DNA of 64,000 bases from an uncultured Fibrobacteria bacterium (GTDB lineage: Bacteria > Fibrobacterota > Fibrobacteria > UBA11236). Positions 58,622 to 64,000 of the stretch are shown piece after piece; position 1 is the first letter of the stretch, and every line of letters begins with the position of its first letter. The position numbers and the translations under genes were made by a program. The DNA is taken from positions 2,688,001 to 2,752,000 of the forward strand of contig OY970309.1 in NCBI GenBank assembly GCA_963716395.1, read 5' to 3'. The notes beneath the pieces are model-generated. The model was not told where the DNA came from. It ran no database searches and saw nothing but the letters and a program-made list of their open reading frames with translations.

Positions 58622-59152
58622 ATGAGTTCCGAAAATGCTTCACTGACCGCCGCGTCCGCACGGCCCGCCACGGTTTCATCCGAAGCGGCCGGCGCCGTCG
58701 ACGCCCCGGCGTTTTCCACCAATCTCTCGGCCTTGATCGCGCGCCTGGGTTTGGCGCTGGTCATCTTTCCCCACGGCGCGCAAAAAGTGCTGGGCTGGTT
58801 CGGCGGCTGGGGGTTCTCCGCCACCTTCCATGCCTTCACGCAGCAAATGCACATTCCCGCGCCCTTAGCGCTGCTGGCCATCGCTTCGGAATTTTTGGGA
58901 TCGCTGGGCCTGGCGACGGGCCTGCTGACCCGGCTGTCGGCCTTCGGCATCGGTGTGACCATGACCGTGGCGGCCCTGACCGTGCACATCCACAACGGAT
59001 ATTTCATGAACTGGACCGGGCAGCAAAAAGGTGAGGGCGTCGAGTTCTTTGTACTCGCGATCGCGCTGGCTTTGGTGCTGCTGATTCGGGGCGGGGGACG
59101 CTGGTCGCTCGACACCCTGGTTGCGAAAAAGCTGGGATGGAACCAAAAGTAA
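58622..59152 (+). CDS. DoxX family membrane protein
   Basis: RLGLALVIFPHGAQK, GLLTR, GEGVEF, GGGRWSLD; AGGAG before ATG 58622. Confidence 0.9.
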   Translation: MSSENASLTAASARPATVSSEAAGAVDAPAFSTNLSALIARLGLALVIFPHGAQKVLGWFGGWGFSATFHAFTQQMHIPAPLALLAIASEFLGSLGLATGLLTRLSAFGIGVTMTVAALTVHIHNGYFMNWTGQQKGEGVEFFVLAIALALVLLIRGGGRWSLDTLVAKKLGWNQK

Positions 59153-59183
59153 ATCTCCCCAAACGGAGCGGAAAGGAAATGTC

Positions 59184-59855
59184 ATGAACACCTTGCTACA
59201 CCTTGACTCCAGCATCAATGCGCGGCGATCGCTGTCGCGCCAATTGACGGCTGAATTCGTTGCGGACTGGCGGCGCGATCATCCCGAAGGAACGGTGCTG
59301 CGCCGCGATCTCGCCGCCGCGCCGGTTCCCCCCTTGAACGAGCATTGGCTCGAAGTGCTGGCCGCGCCACCCGGCGCTAAGCTGTCGCCGGCGGCGCAAG
59401 CGGCGCGGGCGGTTTCCGACACCTTGATCGACGAATTGCTCGCGGCCGACGCTTTCGTTTTCGGCGTGCCCATGTACAATTTTTCCGTGCCCGGAGCGTT
59501 CAAGAACTATCAAGATCAAATTGCGCGCGTGGGGCGAACCTTGCGGCGCGGTCCCAAAGGGTTGGAAGGACAATTGCGGGGCAAAAAACTGCTTATCGTT
59601 TCGACCCGATCCGGCGATTACCGGCCCGGCGGCCCGCGCGACGGGTTCGATTTTCACGAGCCGTATTTACGCAAGTTCTTCGGACCCAATTTTTTGGGTA
59701 TCGAAGACATCGCCTATGTGCCGGTGATGAACAACCCCCTGCACCACGACGCCGAGACCCAAGCGGCCTTGCTCGCCGCAGCCCGCGCGCAACTGCGGCA
59801 AACCGCCGAACGCTGGAAAGAGTGGGAGGAAATTCCCTTACAACGAATGGCCTGA
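59184..59855 (+). CDS. FMN-dependent NADH-azoreductase
   Basis: LLHLDSS, SLSRQL, RRDLA, PMYNFSVP, EPYLR. Confidence 0.88.
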   Translation: MNTLLHLDSSINARRSLSRQLTAEFVADWRRDHPEGTVLRRDLAAAPVPPLNEHWLEVLAAPPGAKLSPAAQAARAVSDTLIDELLAADAFVFGVPMYNFSVPGAFKNYQDQIARVGRTLRRGPKGLEGQLRGKKLLIVSTRSGDYRPGGPRDGFDFHEPYLRKFFGPNFLGIEDIAYVPVMNNPLHHDAETQAALLAAARAQLRQTAERWKEWEEIPLQRMA

Positions 59856-59883
59856 ACTGCCATCACCCAATCCCGGAGGAACT

Positions 59884-60318
59884 ATGAAAAAATTGTATAC
59901 GGCTGTCGCCACTTCTGCGGGAGGCCGCGAAGGGCATGTGCGATCGGCCGACGGTATCGTCGATCTGGATTTACGCGTGCCCCAGGAAATGGGCGGACCC
60001 GGCGGAGCGGCCACCAATCCCGAGCAGCTTTTTGCCGCCGGATATTCGGCCTGCTTTGAGAGCGCCTTGCGCGCATCGGTGCGCACCCAGCGCCTCACGG
60101 CGCGCGTACTGGGCGTGATCGCGCACGTGGGTTTCAACCTGACCGAAGATAGACAGGCGTTTCTCAACGTCGATTTGATCGGCCGCTTTGCCGGCGCCAC
60201 CCGGGAGGAGGCCACGGCCTTGATGGAGGCTGCGCATGCCATCTGCCCGTATTCCAAAGCCACGCGCGGCAATATCGAAGTTCATCTGTCCACCGAGATT
60301 GAAAGTGCGGGCGCCTGA
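59884..60318 (+). CDS. ohr: Organic hydroperoxide resistance protein
   Basis: GGREG, TNPEQLFAAGYSACF, AHAICPYSKATRGN. Confidence 0.95.
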   Translation: MKKLYTAVATSAGGREGHVRSADGIVDLDLRVPQEMGGPGGAATNPEQLFAAGYSACFESALRASVRTQRLTARVLGVIAHVGFNLTEDRQAFLNVDLIGRFAGATREEATALMEAAHAICPYSKATRGNIEVHLSTEIESAGA

Positions 60319-61007
60319 TGCGCGTGGAAATCTGGTCCGACATGGTTTGTCCCTGGTGCTTTATCGGCAAGCGGCGTTTCGCCGCGGCCCTGTCGCGCTT
60401 CGAACACCGCGAGGCGGTGGCCGTGGAATGGCGCAGTTTCGAACTCGACCCGCAGGCCGCGCGCGGTAGCGATGAAAGTTTGGAGGTTTTGCTCGCGCGC
60501 AAATACGGCGTGAGCCTCGATCGCGCCCGGGCCATGAACGCACGGGTCACGGCGCTGGCGGCGCAGGCAGGGCTGGAGTTCCGTCTCGATCGGGCGCATC
60601 CGGCCAACACCTTCGACGCGCACCGTCTCGCGCATTTCGCCGGCACGCAAGGCCGCCGCGCCCAAATGACCGAGCGCCTGTTCCGCGCCTATTTCCAGGA
60701 AGGCGAAGATCTCGGCGATCGCGAAGTCCTGCTGCGCCTGGCGCGCGAAATGGATCTGGACGCCGAGGCCGCGCACACGGCTTTGGGCGGCGAAACCTTT
60801 GCTGATGCCGTGCGCGACGAAGAGCGGCGGGCCGCCGAATTCGGCATTCAGGGCGTGCCGTATTTCGCCCTCGATGAACATTTCGGCATCTCGGGCGCGC
60901 AGCCCGCCGACCAGTTTCTCGCCGTGTTGCGCGAGGCGTGGAAACACTCCTCGCATCCGGAATCGGCATTGGAATCGGAATTGAAATCAAAATTGGAGGA
61001 GAAATGA
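60318..61007 (+). CDS. DsbA/FrnE family oxidoreductase
   Basis: WSDMVCPWCFIGKRR, FELDP, NTFDAHRL, GVPYF, SGAQP. Confidence 0.92.
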   Translation: MRVEIWSDMVCPWCFIGKRRFAAALSRFEHREAVAVEWRSFELDPQAARGSDESLEVLLARKYGVSLDRARAMNARVTALAAQAGLEFRLDRAHPANTFDAHRLAHFAGTQGRRAQMTERLFRAYFQEGEDLGDREVLLRLAREMDLDAEAAHTALGGETFADAVRDEERRAAEFGIQGVPYFALDEHFGISGAQPADQFLAVLREAWKHSSHPESALESELKSKLEEK

Positions 61008-61951
61008 TGTCTGCAATCGGAACACCGGAGTTGGACGCGGTCGCGCGCGAAGTGGAGGGTAAAATGGAACACATTCGTCCGGAAAAGAAAATCGACAGCG
61101 TGTTACGGGGCCCGGGATTTCACATGGTGGGCGACGGTTTTCGCGTGCAGAATTACCTCGCCCCCGGCAGCGCCCTGAACCGGAAAACCAGCCCGTTCCT
61201 GTTGCTCGACTCTATGCCCCCGACGATGTTGCCGCCCACGGAAGGCCACATCCGCGGCGTAGGGCCGCATCCGCATCGCGGCTTCGAAACCGTGAGCCTG
61301 GCCTTTGCCGGCAGCGTGGAACATCACGACAGTTTCGGGCATTCCGGCGTGATCGGCCCGGGCGACGTGCAATGGATGACGGCCGGATCCGGAATTTTGC
61401 ATCGCGAGTATCACGAAAAGAATTTTGCCCGCACCGGCGGTCTGATGCATTTCATGCAGATTTGGGTGAATCTTCCCCAGGCCGAGAAAATGCACAAGCC
61501 GCGCTATCAGGCTTTGACCGCCGGGCAAATGGGCCGCGTCGCTTTACCGCATGGCGCCGGGGAAGTCCGCGTGATCGCCGGGCAATACGGCGAAGCCCGA
61601 GGACCGGCGCAAACCTTCACGCCGATCCAGATGTTCGACATCCGCTTGAATGCCGGCGGTGCGGCGGCCTTTTCGCTTCCCGAAAAAGAGAATGTCTTGC
61701 TGATGACCATGCTTGGTGAAGCGGCGGTGAACGGCCGCGAGACCCAGGCCATGGATTTAACCTTGTTCGCCCACACAGGTGAATCCCTGCGCGTCGAGGC
61801 CCGCTCCGATGCGCATCTGGTGCTGCTGGCCGGCGAGCCCATCGACGAACCCATCGCGGCCTATGGTCCGTTCGTGATGAACACCGACACCGAAGTATTG
61901 CAAGCCATGGCCGATTTCCGGCGCGGCCGTTTCGGGTATCTCGAAGCCTAG
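61004..61951 (+). CDS. Pirin family protein
   Basis: PFLLLD, HPHRGFETV, QWMTAGSGILHRE, QIWVNLP, YGPFVMN. Confidence 0.95.
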   Translation: MMSAIGTPELDAVAREVEGKMEHIRPEKKIDSVLRGPGFHMVGDGFRVQNYLAPGSALNRKTSPFLLLDSMPPTMLPPTEGHIRGVGPHPHRGFETVSLAFAGSVEHHDSFGHSGVIGPGDVQWMTAGSGILHREYHEKNFARTGGLMHFMQIWVNLPQAEKMHKPRYQALTAGQMGRVALPHGAGEVRVIAGQYGEARGPAQTFTPIQMFDIRLNAGGAAAFSLPEKENVLLMTMLGEAAVNGRETQAMDLTLFAHTGESLRVEARSDAHLVLLAGEPIDEPIAAYGPFVMNTDTEVLQAMADFRRGRFGYLEA

Positions 61952-61980
61952 CCCCATGGTTCGGACGGAGCCTGGTGGCG

Positions 61981-62060
61981 GGTTCGACGGGCTCACCCGC
62001 CGAAGCTACCACCGGCTGAAAGCCGTGCCCTGAGTCTGGTTCCTGGGGTTGTCGAGGGTA
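61981..62060. repeat. REP-like palindrome copy
   Basis: GGTTCGACGGGCTCACC and a degenerate CCCTGAG...GTCGAGGG, similar to 50249-50334. Confidence 0.5.
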
Positions 62061-62139
62061 GCGAACCCGCCGCGTCCTGAACCCGTTGCTAAGCCGGCGG
62101 TCCCGTAAGGATATAAGCGATTGGTTCTAACTTTGGGCC

Positions 62140-63795
62140 ATGCCGTCGACGCCGCGCAAAGGCAAGTCTCGCACAGCGGCCGACGCGGACCCTGCCATCG
62201 TCGCTAACCCGTCCGCAGCCAGCTGGTATGTGGCGCGCGAAATCGCCTTGCCGACCGACGTCCCCGAAAGCCACCTGACGAGGGTATTGGCGCGCAGCCT
62301 GCGCGTGCCCGAGCGTTCCCTTGCGGGGCTGCGGGTGTTGCGCAAGTCGCTCGACGCACGGAAACGGCGCCCGGTGTGGCGCTACGCTTTGGAGTTTTCC
62401 TGCGCGGTGCCGGTGCGCCACCCGCTGGTGACGGCCGGTCCGCAGGCGCCGACTCGCGAAGCGGACGCGGCCGAACGGCCCTGGCCCGGACCCAAGGTGG
62501 CCGTGGTGGGCTGCGGTCCGGCGGGCCTGGCCGCGGCGCTGGGTCTGAGCCGCAAAGGCTATGCGGTCACGGTGTTCGAACAGGGCCGGCCCGTGGCCGA
62601 ACGCTTTCGTGATATTCGTCTTTTTATCAAACAAAATCAGTTCCACCCCCGATCCAATATTCTCTTCGGCGAAGGCGGGGCGGGCACTTTCAGCGACGGC
62701 AAGCTGACGGCCCGCTCGCGCAACCGTTATACCGACGCTTTCTTGCGCGAACTGGTGGCCTGTGGCGCCGATGCCGGCATTCTCACCTTTCACCATCCAC
62801 ATCTGGGAACCGACCGCCTGCAATTCGTGATCGACGCCTTCCGCCGGCGCTGCGAAGTGGCCGGCGCGGTGTTCCGCTTCGACACCGAAGTCACCGCTGT
62901 GCTGCTCGACGCGGGGCGTTGCGTCGGGGTCGCGGCCGGAAACAAGGAAGATCTCTTCGACGCCGTAGTGCTGGCGCCGGGTCTGTCGGCGCATTCTCTC
63001 TACCGCGCTTTGGCTGGAGCCGGCGTCGCCCTGGAGCGCAAAGGGTTCGCGGTGGGCGCGCGCGTGGAGCATCCGCAGGACTTCATCAACCACCGCCAAT
63101 TTGGAGATATCGATTCCAAAAATACAGGTGCGGCCGAATACTTTTTGACCTGGAAGGACGCCGATGCCGCGGCCTACTCCTTTTGCATGTGTCCGGGCGG
63201 CGTGGTCATTCCCTGCGCCGACGAACCCGAAGGCATCAGCACCAACGGGATGAGTTACTCCAACCGCGCGAGCGCCTTCGCCAACGCCGCCGTGGTCGTA
63301 CCCGTGCCGCCGGAGGCGCTGCCCGGCGGAGTGCTGGCGGGGCTCGATTACCAGCGCGATCTCGAACACCGGGCCTTTCGCCTGGCCGGCGGGAATTTTT
63401 CCTTTCCGGCGCAAACCGTGGCGGCTTTTGTCGACGGCCGCCGCGACACCGATCCCCTGCCGCGCACTTCGTTCCAAAAACCGCTGGCGCCCTGCGATTT
63501 GCGGTTGCTGTTCGACGCGCGGGTGACGCAAGCGCTGGTTCAGGCCTTTCGTGCTTTTGATCGCAAAATACCCGGATGGATTCGTCACGGCCTGCTCATC
63601 GCGCCCGAATCGCGCACCTCCGCGCCGGTGCGCCTGATGCGCCGGCCCGACACTTTGGAATCGGCCAACACCCCGGGGCTTTATCCCATCGGCGAAGGCG
63701 CGGGCTATGCCGGCGGCATCGTGTCTTCGGGGGCCGACGGCCTGCGCTTGGCCGCGCATGCGACAGCACGCGCGGCGACCGCCCATGCTGCTTGA
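62140..63795 (+). CDS. FAD-dependent oxidoreductase (HI0933/COG2509-like)
   Basis: GCGPAG, FGEGGAGTFSDGKL, SFCMCPGG, ESRTSAP, GEGAGYAGGI. Confidence 0.88.
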   Translation: MPSTPRKGKSRTAADADPAIVANPSAASWYVAREIALPTDVPESHLTRVLARSLRVPERSLAGLRVLRKSLDARKRRPVWRYALEFSCAVPVRHPLVTAGPQAPTREADAAERPWPGPKVAVVGCGPAGLAAALGLSRKGYAVTVFEQGRPVAERFRDIRLFIKQNQFHPRSNILFGEGGAGTFSDGKLTARSRNRYTDAFLRELVACGADAGILTFHHPHLGTDRLQFVIDAFRRRCEVAGAVFRFDTEVTAVLLDAGRCVGVAAGNKEDLFDAVVLAPGLSAHSLYRALAGAGVALERKGFAVGARVEHPQDFINHRQFGDIDSKNTGAAEYFLTWKDADAAAYSFCMCPGGVVIPCADEPEGISTNGMSYSNRASAFANAAVVVPVPPEALPGGVLAGLDYQRDLEHRAFRLAGGNFSFPAQTVAAFVDGRRDTDPLPRTSFQKPLAPCDLRLLFDARVTQALVQAFRAFDRKIPGWIRHGLLIAPESRTSAPVRLMRRPDTLESANTPGLYPIGEGAGYAGGIVSSGADGLRLAAHATARAATAHAA

Positions 63796-64000
63796 AATCA
63801 CGATCGCGCCCAACGATGCGGGCCAACGCGTCGAACGGTTCCTGCGGCGTTACCTCTCCCACGTGGGATTGAGCCGATTGCAAGCGCTGTTCCGCCGCCG
63901 CGAAATCAAAATCGCCCGCCGGCCCGTGGAGCGGGGACGCATTGTGCAGGCCGGCGAGGTGCTGCAAGTTTATGGCCTGCGTCCGGAAGAAGCCGCAGGT
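63785..64000 (+). CDS. S4-domain start of RluA/RluC-family pseudouridine synthase (runs off window)
   Basis: MLLEITIAPNDAGQRVERFLRRYL...LFRRREIK; open to window end. Confidence 0.75.
   Translation, partial: MLLEITIAPNDAGQRVERFLRRYLSHVGLSRLQALFRRREIKIARRPVERGRIVQAGEVLQVYGLRPEEAAG

Noticed and set aside
60960-61005. 12-bp degenerate repeats at the dsbA 3' end
   Set aside because: A short low-complexity tail (ESALESELKSKL) with no further structure.

Overview
High-GC bacterial chromosome segment, mostly housekeeping genes. The lineage is probably FCB-group, and Fibrobacterota is my inference from the secreted proteins with T9SS/FlgD-like C-terminal tails and the Bacteroidota-type MutL, aconitase and DUF6029/Omp28 genes. 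In order it carries: flgC-fliE-fliF-fliG-fliH-fliI; an Rrf2-cysH-cysK-moeB sulfur operon; mutL; pth-rplY; an exported thiol-redox cluster; tRNA-Gln and ispE; argF followed by a KaiC-like ATPase, two small membrane proteins and a receiver protein; murI; gdh; pyrD; aconitase; pyrE; htpG; queE-queC; icd and citrate synthase; and a MarR-led redox-stress cluster. The most unusual part is 50345-56912, a lower-GC insert bounded by a perfect 104-bp direct repeat of the 3' end of a phosphopantetheinyl-transferase gene. It holds a truncated DUF2071-like gene, a ~1.05-kb tandem duplication whose coding differences cluster in one ~135-bp patch, a large subtilase cut off from its signal peptide by a C10 tract, and a 159-bp MITE sitting on the host gene's stop codon. 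I saw no CRISPR array, rRNA, integrase, transposase or reverse transcriptase. All family calls come from motif recognition, not database searches.
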